A DNA stretch of 64,000 bases from Euryarchaeota archaeon UBA552 (GCA_002499585.1 DAMH01000027.1:63789-127788), one strand, 5' to 3'. Counted from the first letter of the stretch, positions 49,722 through 58,619 are shown. A program made the numbers and translations. Notes: generated by a model not told the origin, from the sequence alone.

Positions 49722-50600
49722 TCACCTAATCTCCTCGATAGCCTTGGTTGTCCACACAGTGAGCCTTCCCAAATCACCGCCCGGTGCTAAGTGCTCAGCA
49801 GAAAGATCCTTTGCAGACACAACATCTACTCCTGGTACATTCCTAGCAGCCTTTGCAAGTGATCCCATATCTGAAACCACGAGGAGTACGGATTTGGGCG
49901 TCCTTCTCTTCCTGCCCCTCATTTTTCCCTTCCCTGCTCGTATGGATCTTCCGTTCTTGGCCCGGTAAAGATCCGCGCCGATACCAATTCCGTCCATTAT
50001 GGCTACGAATTTTCTCGTGGCGTGTGAGATTGGGATCGACTCGAGGTCATGTGTCTCGCTGGCCCCATCTTTTTCTTCGACATAAGAATCCAGAACCACT
50101 GGGAATCGTAGAGCGCTGTCGAACTTGTGCCCTCTCAGTGCGACAAATTCCGGGTTAGAGCTTGCTGCAATCGCAGAATCTCTTGCGATCCTTTTCTGCT
50201 TAGAGTTCATTTTCATTGCCCAATCTTTCTCTACCATTGGACCATGCGCCCTTCGTCCGCCTCTCGTGTGTGGGTTTTGAGCAGCCGTTCTTTGACCGGT
50301 CTTTCTCATAATCCGTGATACGCCGCGGCCTTTGCCCCACCATTCGACTGAATGTTTCATCCCGGCTTGAGGAGCCCTCTTGCCCCCGTGATTTCTGTGA
50401 CCGTATGGTTGTCTCCGATTAGCTCGTGAGGAATGAACTGCATCTCTGACGATGTCTTCTCTTATTTCGGAGGAAAACGCTGAAGGAAGTTCCATTTTGG
50501 ACCCTTTTCCTACTGATACGGCATAAGATTCGGACTGAAGTCCCGCGTCGACCTCTGTCTGCGAGATTGTGTTTTTCAGAGAATATGTTACCGCTTCCAT
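49722..50600 (-). CDS. rpl4: 50S ribosomal protein uL4
   Basis: WWGKGRGVSRI, GGRRAHGP, RAGKGKMRGR, NVPGVD, HLAPGG..GRLTVWT. Confidence 0.96.
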   Translation of the reverse strand: MEAVTYSLKNTISQTEVDAGLQSESYAVSVGKGSKMELPSAFSSEIREDIVRDAVHSSRANRRQPYGHRNHGGKRAPQAGMKHSVEWWGKGRGVSRIMRKTGQRTAAQNPHTRGGRRAHGPMVEKDWAMKMNSKQKRIARDSAIAASSNPEFVALRGHKFDSALRFPVVLDSYVEEKDGASETHDLESIPISHATRKFVAIMDGIGIGADLYRAKNGRSIRAGKGKMRGRKRRTPKSVLLVVSDMGSLAKAARNVPGVDVVSAKDLSAEHLAPGGDLGRLTVWTTKAIEEIR

Positions 50601-50604
50601 GTTA

Positions 50605-51681
50605 TCACACTCCCTGCTTTGATGCGGTGCTGACGTAAGTCAGATCTATTGGATGGCTGTTCTTTCGAGGCCTGATAGGATCTCTTAGCCTGAGTAACCT
50701 CTTGGCCGGACCGGGTAGACTGCCTTGAACAAGAACGTAGGCATTCTTCACCTCTCCGTAGTTGAGGAATCCTCCAGCAGGAGTTATTTCGTTGGTTAGC
50801 GGGGTTGATATTCGTAGTAGTCTTTTATTCAATTCGGTCCTCTGATGGTAACCCATCTGCCCGGCCTGGGGTACGGTCGACCTGACATAGCCCGTACCGA
50901 AGTCACCAAGGTTTCCGGCTTGCCGTCTTTTCTTACTATTCTTGTGACTTAGGAGTTTAACACCCCATCTCTTAACTGAACCTTGGAAACCCTTGCCTTT
51001 TGTGATTCCGATCACGTCAATTTCCTGCCCATCTTCCCAAACGTCTTCAATTGTAATCTCTGCCCCGAGCCGTTCCTTCGCCCACTCAAGTTTCTCGACA
51101 GGCGTCCCACCGACAAGATTCAATTCCATTATCTCGGAAGTTTTGCTGGGGGATCCAGATACCAAATTAGGTTGAGTGGCCGCAATGATTCTTACCTCGA
51201 TCAAATCTGCGGAGGTTAGGGCGTCGTAGGCTGTTTGGTTGAATCCCGTAGATCGTGATGGTATTCTACCTCCCCTCTTTGCAGGCTTCCTTCCTTCTGA
51301 GGCGTCTCTTTCTCCGCGAGTTGCGTTGGCGAGTCTAGGTACGATTCCTGGGGGCAAATCGTCTGGCTCGCACCAAACCTCTCCAGCAGTCCTGAGCCCA
51401 TAGGGATCCATCGAGTAACCTCTGACTCCCAGAATTCTCATAGGGGGTGTCTCGACAACTGTTACTGCTTTTCGAACCTCCTGACCTGCGCTGGTGGACG
51501 TTGGGTTCGTGTTTTTTACCAGAACGTGAGTCATTCCTGCTTTCCAACCGGCGAAACCCTGGACTCGTATTCCTTGGGCATTGGTGTCTGGCCAAGCAGT
51601 GACAGTACCATAGGGGCGGTTAGCACGCTTGCGCGGGCTAAAGCCCATGCTTCCCCTTCGAGGTCGGTGTTTGTCTGCCAT
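50605..51681 (-). CDS. rpl3: 50S ribosomal protein uL3
   Basis: HRPRRGSMGFSPRKRA, GWKAGMTH, TKGKGFQGSVKRWG, PQAGQMGYHQRTELNKR, GSLPGP.KR. Confidence 0.97.
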   Translation of the reverse strand: MADKHRPRRGSMGFSPRKRANRPYGTVTAWPDTNAQGIRVQGFAGWKAGMTHVLVKNTNPTSTSAGQEVRKAVTVVETPPMRILGVRGYSMDPYGLRTAGEVWCEPDDLPPGIVPRLANATRGERDASEGRKPAKRGGRIPSRSTGFNQTAYDALTSADLIEVRIIAATQPNLVSGSPSKTSEIMELNLVGGTPVEKLEWAKERLGAEITIEDVWEDGQEIDVIGITKGKGFQGSVKRWGVKLLSHKNSKKRRQAGNLGDFGTGYVRSTVPQAGQMGYHQRTELNKRLLRISTPLTNEITPAGGFLNYGEVKNAYVLVQGSLPGPAKRLLRLRDPIRPRKNSHPIDLTYVSTASKQGV

Positions 51682-51710
51682 GTTATGGTCTCCGTGTTTT
51701 TTACCGGTTT

Positions 51711-51862
51711 AGGTCGCTGATGCGACGGTCGCCGGGCGCGTAGCGAAAGGAGAGGACCGTGACATCGGACCTCGTCGCCAGATTGGGCGACGCGGACCTC
51801 GGGGTGCATTTGCAGAGCCCTGTTATGTCTGGTACTCCTCGTTACGAGCGGCCCTGCGACCT
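51711..51862 (-). promoter_or_regulatory. Candidate structured 5' leader of the rpl3 super-operon (putative r-leader)
   Basis: GC-rich non-coding region with nested inverted repeats (51711-17/51856-62, 51725-30/51755-60, 51773-79/51786-92, 51838-41/51845-48). Confidence 0.4.
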
Positions 51863-51962
51863 GCCATTCATTTATGAAAGAATCGGATGCAGTGACTCAT
51901 TCCAAACAGCTCTTCGTTCCATTGTAATGCTTTAGAACCGCGCGCGAAAGGAACTCCCTGCG

Positions 51963-53702
51963 ATGATCCCCCACGTGATCCACCCCTTACTTCGCAAAGA
52001 TGTCATCGAGGCACGTGCGTATCAGCTGGAAGGAGTAGCGGAGACCCTTGAAGCATCGACTCTATTGATTTATCCGACGGCAGCAGGCAAAACAGTCGTC
52101 TCTGCCATGGTTGTGGCTGAAAAGATTCACCAGGAAAGCGGATTTGCAGTGCTATTGGCACCTACAGTGGGGTTGGTTGATCAACACTACAAGACGTTCA
52201 AAAATTGGTTTTCAGAAGACATCAGGGTCAATACTCTGACTGGATCCCAACCCGCTAAACGAAGGAAAGGCGTATGGCAATCTTCGGATCTTGTGGTTGC
52301 AACCCCTCAGGTCTTTCGGAACGACGTTCAAAACGGCCTGTTGGATCCTAGTGACCTCTCCATGCTTGTATTGGATGAGGCCCATCACTCAGTCGGCAAT
52401 CATGCCATGGGGCAGTCAGCTGACCTTTACGTCGATTGTAGTGACTCCCGCATCTTGGCTATGACAGCCAGTCCCGGTTACTCAAAACGGCATGTCCAAG
52501 ACCTTTGCAAAAGGTTGGCCATCAATAGAATTCACATGAGGTCTTCCTCGGACTCCAGCGTGAAGAAATACCTCTCTGAATTAGATATCCTTGAAATCAG
52601 AGTTGACGTCCCCGTTGACTTGAAGAAATTAGCTCATCCTTTCAATGAATGGCAAGAGAGCCTCGTGGACGTGGAAAGAAGGCTTGGAAGATATGTACAT
52701 GAAGGCAGGATAGGCTATGCTGGCCTTTCTGGTGCGATGGACAGAGCAAAAGGAGCTATCAGAAGGGGGGATGGTTCTGCATATGCATCAGTCTCCAGAT
52801 TAGCACTAGCAATGACGCTCAACCACCTCATTAATCATCTACTATCCCAAGGAGTGGGTGCAGCGCGGGAATTCTTATCCAGAAAGGCCATGGGCGAATC
52901 CAGAACAAAGAAATCAGGCCGGGATTTTCTCAAAGATCACAGAGTTTCTACCCTAATGAGCCAGCTGGACGGATTGACCGAGATTCATAGCAAGATAGGT
53001 ACGGTAAGAAGGCTTGTGGTAGAGAGGTTAAGGAGGAATCCAAAATCAAAAATCATCATTTTTGCCACATTCAGAGACACAGTATCGTCTATTCACAAAG
53101 CGATCGAGAACATTGATGATGTGAAGGCGCTAAAATTTGTGGGTCAGGCCAAAAAGAACGGCGTGGGCCTTACCTCCTCCCAGCAAATCGAAACGATAGA
53201 CCTCTTTAGGAAAGGGGATGCGAACGTTCTGGTTGCCACCTCTGTCGGCGAAGAAGGACTAGACATACCATCTGCCGACCTCGTGGTCTTCTATGAGCCC
53301 GTGGGAAGTGAGATAAGGACCATTCAAAGAAGGGGTCGAACTGGCAGGAGGAGGCAGGGAGACGTAATTGTTCTCATAGCTGAAGGAACTCGGGACGAGG
53401 GTGCTGCGAACTCTTCCCAGAGAAGGGAAGAGGCGATGTTAAGATCAATCCATTCGGTGCGCAGAAGCTTGTTAGTTGGTCCAATTGACTATAGCGTTCT
53501 AGATTCGTTCTCGGTTTCAAGTGAACAGGGTTTGATCGATGCGTCTTCATTTATTCAGGAAGAAAGGGAGAGGTACAAACATAAATTTTCCATTTCAGAC
53601 ACCTCAAATGAGGGGGCATCTCCCCGAGTTCCTGAATCAGCTGGAGGGCTTGATGCCAAGACTTTCAGACCCTGGGGCCAGTCTGGGTTGGATGACTTTT
53701 GA
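51963..53702 (+). CDS. hef: Hef/FANCM-like SF2 helicase without an ERCC4 nuclease domain
   Basis: PTAAGKT, DEAHH, TASPG, VATSVGEEGLDIP, QRRGRTGR; ends in QSGLDDF. Confidence 0.9.
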   Translation: MIPHVIHPLLRKDVIEARAYQLEGVAETLEASTLLIYPTAAGKTVVSAMVVAEKIHQESGFAVLLAPTVGLVDQHYKTFKNWFSEDIRVNTLTGSQPAKRRKGVWQSSDLVVATPQVFRNDVQNGLLDPSDLSMLVLDEAHHSVGNHAMGQSADLYVDCSDSRILAMTASPGYSKRHVQDLCKRLAINRIHMRSSSDSSVKKYLSELDILEIRVDVPVDLKKLAHPFNEWQESLVDVERRLGRYVHEGRIGYAGLSGAMDRAKGAIRRGDGSAYASVSRLALAMTLNHLINHLLSQGVGAAREFLSRKAMGESRTKKSGRDFLKDHRVSTLMSQLDGLTEIHSKIGTVRRLVVERLRRNPKSKIIIFATFRDTVSSIHKAIENIDDVKALKFVGQAKKNGVGLTSSQQIETIDLFRKGDANVLVATSVGEEGLDIPSADLVVFYEPVGSEIRTIQRRGRTGRRRQGDVIVLIAEGTRDEGAANSSQRREEAMLRSIHSVRRSLLVGPIDYSVLDSFSVSSEQGLIDASSFIQEERERYKHKFSISDTSNEGASPRVPESAGGLDAKTFRPWGQSGLDDF

Positions 53703-53714
53703 GCCTCAGGTACT

Positions 53715-54575
53715 TCAGTCGCCGATTACTGCTACTCGTGTCTTGAGCATCGCAAGCCTCGTTGGGAAGTTGCCTGTCAAGAAGGCTATGTATTCGCAAA
53801 AGTGGATTACAGGAATGTTGGTGTTTAGACCTGTTGACCTGGACGCCTTTCCTTGATAGATGTCCAGAACCCCGTGGGACAGCGTGCAAGCGCTTATTAT
53901 CATCTGAGCACCCATTGATTTGGCATCGGAGAGTATCGTTGCGGATTGCCTCAGAACGGTATTTTCCTCTGAGAATATCCCCGGTGTTCCTGCTGATGAT
54001 GTCCTGGAGGTATATCTGATCGGCGTACCTCCTGAAGACTCTATTATCGATTCCATGTACCATGGATCAAAAATATCATCGCCGCCTACAAGCCCTTCCT
54101 GCTGGAGGTTCGGGCCATAATAAGGTCCTAGTCTGGATGATATTGGGTTCTTCACCTTCTTCAGGAAATTATCCAGCCCTAGATCTTCGACTATGACATG
54201 CAAGAAATGTCTAATTTTTATTGACCCTTCGAGGGATCTTCCAGTAGTTTTTTGCAGTGTCTTGTTGACTTCCCCCATTAGGCTCGGGTCAGATTTCATC
54301 ATTTCCAAGTCCTCATGCAAGGTGGCTGCAGTCGTGGCACACGGGGTGATGATATCCAGCCCCAGATCCTCTGCCATGGACATGGTCCTTGCATTGAGTG
54401 TTATCTGCAAACGCCTGTTCGCCTGGCCCAATATACCTGCACCGCAGCTGGTTGCACCAGGCATGTCTATCAAGTCTACATCTAGGGATCTGCAGGCTGC
54501 ACGCATCGTCTCATCCACCTCTGGAGCGCTGCTGTGGGCAACATTTCCGGGGTGGTATGCGTACCGAACCGGCAT
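53715..54575 (-). CDS. HdrB/SdhE-like double CCG-domain protein with degenerate cysteine motifs
   Basis: YHPGN (cf. YYPGC), SCGAG (CCGAG), LNART, TPCATT, YYGP (YYGC), SAG (CCG), SACTLSH (TACPxCH), IPVIH. Confidence 0.85.
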   Translation of the reverse strand: MPVRYAYHPGNVAHSSAPEVDETMRAACRSLDVDLIDMPGATSCGAGILGQANRRLQITLNARTMSMAEDLGLDIITPCATTAATLHEDLEMMKSDPSLMGEVNKTLQKTTGRSLEGSIKIRHFLHVIVEDLGLDNFLKKVKNPISSRLGPYYGPNLQQEGLVGGDDIFDPWYMESIIESSGGTPIRYTSRTSSAGTPGIFSEENTVLRQSATILSDAKSMGAQMIISACTLSHGVLDIYQGKASRSTGLNTNIPVIHFCEYIAFLTGNFPTRLAMLKTRVAVIGD

Positions 54576-54587
54576 TCCAATTTCTCC

Positions 54588-56798
54588 TCAGAATCTGCGA
54601 TCAAGGGTGTTAAAGATAGATACTACTTCATAGTGCTTGTCCACTCTCTTGTTGAATTGTTTGGGCATCTTACCAATTCCAGCTGGAGGTACTACCAGTC
54701 CGAGGATGTCGTTGACCATCTTACCACCGGTTCTTGTGAAACCGGTCAGCATTCTTGCTGTGACGCCGGAGGTCAGGTTCGAGAGTAGTCCAAGGGGACC
54801 TAGAACTTGCCTGTAGAGTACCGTATCATTTACTCTTCCGCTGCTTTTGAGAGTCCATGCATACCACCACACATGTTTCCCATGACGACCGTTGTACCCA
54901 TTTGATTCCAATGCACTGGTTCTGGCTTCCGAAAGGGCATTTTGAACGCCTCTGCCGGCAAGGGGTTGTCTGGCCATCGGAGCTAAGTCGGTTTCAGCCA
55001 GTATCGCATCTGGTCCGCTCAGGATTTTGTCGATTTGTTTGATCTTCTTGTCAGAGGTTCTGGAATCGGACTTCTTGATCCAAAGGTCTAGACATACCGA
55101 CGGACCGAGGTAGGAGTTAGCATAGGCTACAGAGTCTGAGCAGGAATGCAATATCTGGGATCCGAATCTGTTTGACATGGCATGTAGCTTCGTGGCTTCG
55201 ACAGCACTCATTGGCCCGATAAGGGTCCCCTGATCAGTCCTCAGGGCCTCCCTTGTCTTAGACACATGCCAGACTGATGCTTCTTGTCTTTTCTTTGTAA
55301 GCGCACTGAAATCCACGCATAAGTCCCTTACAACGTCGTAACCGGGAAGTGGCTCAATTTTCATAACAATCGAACCGGGGCGCCCGTTGGAGAGTTGCTC
55401 TATCCGGGTGATGCCGGGGAGAGTTATGCGTCCATTGACGGATATGGCGGTGTTGGGGTCATGTGGAGCTCCGTCTGTGAAACACAAACTGCCGTCATGT
55501 GTCCTTTGGATGGACCTGAGGGCCTCGAGCAAGGTCATGTGGCCTGGGAGCGAGCATAACCAAGTGTCGAGTCCACTCGTTTTCTCATGAGGGTCGTACC
55601 TGAACACTCCCAGTTGAATTTCGACTTCTTCGCCGTGCAAGTCTGGGATGCTGAAGCCGTCTTCACCATCGGCTACCACTGCACCGCCATCAGCCATGTC
55701 GCGTATGGAATCAATGAGCTCTTCGTGCAAGTTTCCTGAGTCATCGACTGCCGAGAGCATGGTTAGGGCTTCAGAGGCCCATTCCGATGCTACGGCCTCA
55801 TAGTCCACATCGCAGTCTACGCGGGCTGCCACGCGCCTTGCACCTAACTCTTCCAACTTGTTGTCCCAATCTTTTCCTGATTGGCAAAACAACTCGTATG
55901 AGGTGTCTCCGAGAGCGAGTACCGAGAAGGAAACGCCGTCCATTTTTGGGGCGCTTCCCGAGGAGGCGGCCAACCAAAGGGCCTCTGCATTGTCTGGCAT
56001 CTCTCCTTCGCCCCATGTCGAGCAGATGATGGCGACTCTTTTCATCGACGCCATGGCATTGATGTCAAAGCCGTCCATGTCATGAACGATTCCTTTCAAT
56101 CCATAATTTTCAGCTCTCTTTGCGAAATTGGATGCTAGTTGTTCGGAATTCCCCGATTGAGAACCAAAGAATATGTTCAGTGTTCTGTCTCCGGTTCCGA
56201 GTAAATCCTCAAGGCCGCCTCCAACGGCAATTTTATCCTTATTTTGATCCGTTTCGATCGCTTTTTCATCAGGGGTCTCTGGGACAGATCGGACTTCTCC
56301 TATTTTGCTTGGGTCGTAGGCTCCCGACGAGTCTACTACGGATAGGTGGGAAAGTGCTTCTGAAGTAAATAGTGCTGCAGGCTTATCATAATCTACGTCA
56401 CAATCAACCCTAGTGACCAGCCTATTTGCTCCTTGTTTTTCGAACCATTGGTCCCAGTCTTTTCCAGATTGACAGAAAAGATCGTATGACGAATCCCCTA
56501 GGGAACATACTGCAAAATGGCAGGTGGTCAAGGAGGGGAGGGAATCGCCTTGGGCTTGCTGCCAAAGATCCTCTGCATTGTCAGGCATCTCCCCCTCACC
56601 CCATGTGCTGCAGTAAATTAGGACCCTGTTGTAACTAGATAGGTCGGAAATTTTTATTTCGTCCATCCCTTTTACGATCGGTTCAAGGCCGTGTGATTTG
56701 GCTTCTTTGGCGGCTTTGGTGCAGAGGTCCTCAGCGTTGCCGGACTGGGATCCGTAAAGTATCAGCAAGGGAAGTTCGGAGGACATTGTAATCACCAT
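54588..56798 (-). CDS. Tandem flavodoxin-flavodoxin fused to a cysteine-less SdhB/FrdB-like domain
   Basis: Two FMN-binding domains (GSQSGN, STWGEGEMPDNA, LGD.SY.LFCQSG). These are followed by the SdhB landmarks VFRYDP, TLLEAL..I...DGSL.F, VNG, IEPLPGYDVVRDLCVD, YLGP and DSR. Confidence 0.88.
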   Translation of the reverse strand: MVITMSSELPLLILYGSQSGNAEDLCTKAAKEAKSHGLEPIVKGMDEIKISDLSSYNRVLIYCSTWGEGEMPDNAEDLWQQAQGDSLPSLTTCHFAVCSLGDSSYDLFCQSGKDWDQWFEKQGANRLVTRVDCDVDYDKPAALFTSEALSHLSVVDSSGAYDPSKIGEVRSVPETPDEKAIETDQNKDKIAVGGGLEDLLGTGDRTLNIFFGSQSGNSEQLASNFAKRAENYGLKGIVHDMDGFDINAMASMKRVAIICSTWGEGEMPDNAEALWLAASSGSAPKMDGVSFSVLALGDTSYELFCQSGKDWDNKLEELGARRVAARVDCDVDYEAVASEWASEALTMLSAVDDSGNLHEELIDSIRDMADGGAVVADGEDGFSIPDLHGEEVEIQLGVFRYDPHEKTSGLDTWLCSLPGHMTLLEALRSIQRTHDGSLCFTDGAPHDPNTAISVNGRITLPGITRIEQLSNGRPGSIVMKIEPLPGYDVVRDLCVDFSALTKKRQEASVWHVSKTREALRTDQGTLIGPMSAVEATKLHAMSNRFGSQILHSCSDSVAYANSYLGPSVCLDLWIKKSDSRTSDKKIKQIDKILSGPDAILAETDLAPMARQPLAGRGVQNALSEARTSALESNGYNGRHGKHVWWYAWTLKSSGRVNDTVLYRQVLGPLGLLSNLTSGVTARMLTGFTRTGGKMVNDILGLVVPPAGIGKMPKQFNKRVDKHYEVVSIFNTLDRRF

Positions 56799-57008
56799 AC
56801 CTTGCGGTTGTAATATGAGGGAACATATGGCGATTATTGAACATGTGGATCCTAGGGTAATCGAAAAGCGTCTGTTGCGGTGATTCTACGGTCTCGAGGG
56901 AACATTCCAAATCATGCTCTACATTGGATTTTGAGAAGTTTCACGGTTTCAGGAATTTGGGCTTCAGGATTTTTCCACTGTGTTTGGTAGTCGATCATGG
57001 AGGGGGAG

Positions 57009-58619
57009 TTACATGTCCATTCCATCAAACTCGCCGCCCATTTCTGGGGCTCCTCCCTTGCTGGAAATGACGTCATCAATCCTGAGTATCATAACAGCGG
57101 TCTCGCTGGCAGACTGTATTGCCTGTTCTACTACCCTGGTGGGTTCGTAAACGTCCCCAGCCCCCATGTCTACCACTCCTCCATCATAGACATTGACACC
57201 ATACCTCGATTTCCCCTCGGAGTGGGCCTTTCTCAGGGCTATGATTGTATTTACCGGGTCCAGTCCAGCATTCTCTGCCAGTGTCCGTGGGATCACCTCC
57301 ATAGCTCCAGCAAAGGCCTCTATGGCCATTTGTTCACGTCCACCGACGCCCTCTGCGAAAGATCGCAGGTCCCTGCTTAGCGCAGCGAGTACGGATCCGC
57401 CTCCGGTCAGGACTGTTCCATCCTCATGGGCTACGGAAACCACCCCTATGGCATCGTCGAACGCCCGCCGTATTTCATCAACTACATGTTCTGTGCCTCC
57501 TCGGAGGAGTACGGATACGGCTTTTGCCTGATTGCAGCCAGTTATGAAAACCATGTCTGAATCCCCTATCTTCCTTTCATCTACCTTGGCCGCTTCTCCT
57601 AGGTCGTCCTTGGATAGATCTTCTAGGGTGGTGACTATTCTTCCACCTGTGGCTTTTGAGAGGCCCTCCATGTCACTCTTTTTGGCTCTCCTTATTGCGA
57701 ATATGCCGGCTTTTGCCATGTGGTGTTGTGCGAGGTCGTCTATCCCTTTCTGGCAGACCACTACATTTGCGCCTGACGATGAGATGGTTTCTACCAAACC
57801 TTTGATGTATGACTCCTCTTCATCTAGAAACTGGGAGAGCATACTAGGATCCGTGATCTGTATTTTAGCATCGACCTCGGTCTTTTTGACCTCGATGGCA
57901 GAGTTGACGAGTGCTATTTTAGCTCCTTCGACGGACCTAGGCATGCCTGAGTGAACTCTTTCCTTGTCGAGAATTATGCCGTTGACGAGAGAGCTGTCTT
58001 TGATCGATCCGCCTTGCTTTTTCTCCACCTTAACATCATCCAGGTCGACGAGTATGCCATCACTATCTTCCTGTGCGACGGCCAATACCGCCTTGACGCA
58101 AATATCTGATAGGAACTCCTTGACAGCACCTGCACTTTTGCCAGTAAGGGCTGTTTTGGCGACCTCAGTCAGAGTTTTTTTGTCTACTTCGATGGAGTGG
58201 TCCTCTATTAGCTCTATTGCCTTGTCAGATGCAAGGCGGAACCCCTCGCATATTACCGTAGGGTGAACGTTTTGCTCGATAAGATCCTCTGACCGCTTCA
58301 ACAGCTCTCCAGCCAGAACAACAGCGGTGGTCGTTCCATCGAAGCAATGTTGTTCTTGTGTCTTTGCGATTTCAATTATCATTTTAGCAGCGGGGTGCTC
58401 AATGTCCATCTCTTTGAGTATTGTAGCACCGTCATTTGTGATTACGACGTCACCCATGCTGTCAACAAGCATTTTGTCCATACCCTTGGGGCCAAGCGTG
58501 GAGCGGACTGCTTCAGCAACAGCTTTGGCAGCGGCGATGTTGTTACTTTGCGCTGTTCTACCGCTTGTTCTCGTCGTACCCTCTTTGAGAATGAATATTG
58601 GTTGCTGTCCATTTGTCAT
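57009..58619 (-). CDS. ths: Thermosome (group II chaperonin) subunit
   Basis: [40 protein letters not shown]. Confidence 0.98.
   Translation of the reverse strand: MTNGQQPIFILKEGTTRTSGRTAQSNNIAAAKAVAEAVRSTLGPKGMDKMLVDSMGDVVITNDGATILKEMDIEHPAAKMIIEIAKTQEQHCFDGTTTAVVLAGELLKRSEDLIEQNVHPTVICEGFRLASDKAIELIEDHSIEVDKKTLTEVAKTALTGKSAGAVKEFLSDICVKAVLAVAQEDSDGILVDLDDVKVEKKQGGSIKDSSLVNGIILDKERVHSGMPRSVEGAKIALVNSAIEVKKTEVDAKIQITDPSMLSQFLDEEESYIKGLVETISSSGANVVVCQKGIDDLAQHHMAKAGIFAIRRAKKSDMEGLSKATGGRIVTTLEDLSKDDLGEAAKVDERKIGDSDMVFITGCNQAKAVSVLLRGGTEHVVDEIRRAFDDAIGVVSVAHEDGTVLTGGGSVLAALSRDLRSFAEGVGGREQMAIEAFAGAMEVIPRTLAENAGLDPVNTIIALRKAHSEGKSRYGVNVYDGGVVDMGAGDVYEPTRVVEQAIQSASETAVMILRIDDVISSKGGAPEMGGEFDGMDM

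Noticed and set aside
51700-51870. RNase P RNA, SRP RNA or a known riboswitch upstream of rpl3
   Set aside because: None of the universal motifs (GAGGAAAGUCC, the SRP helix-8 loop, TPP/cobalamin/fluoride cores) is present.
53715-56798. Call as pseudogenes, or as methanogen-type heterodisulfide reductase
   Set aside because: Both frames are full length with no stops or frameshifts and keep the structural consensus. Without CCG cysteines, HdrB chemistry cannot be supported, and no methanogenesis genes are present.
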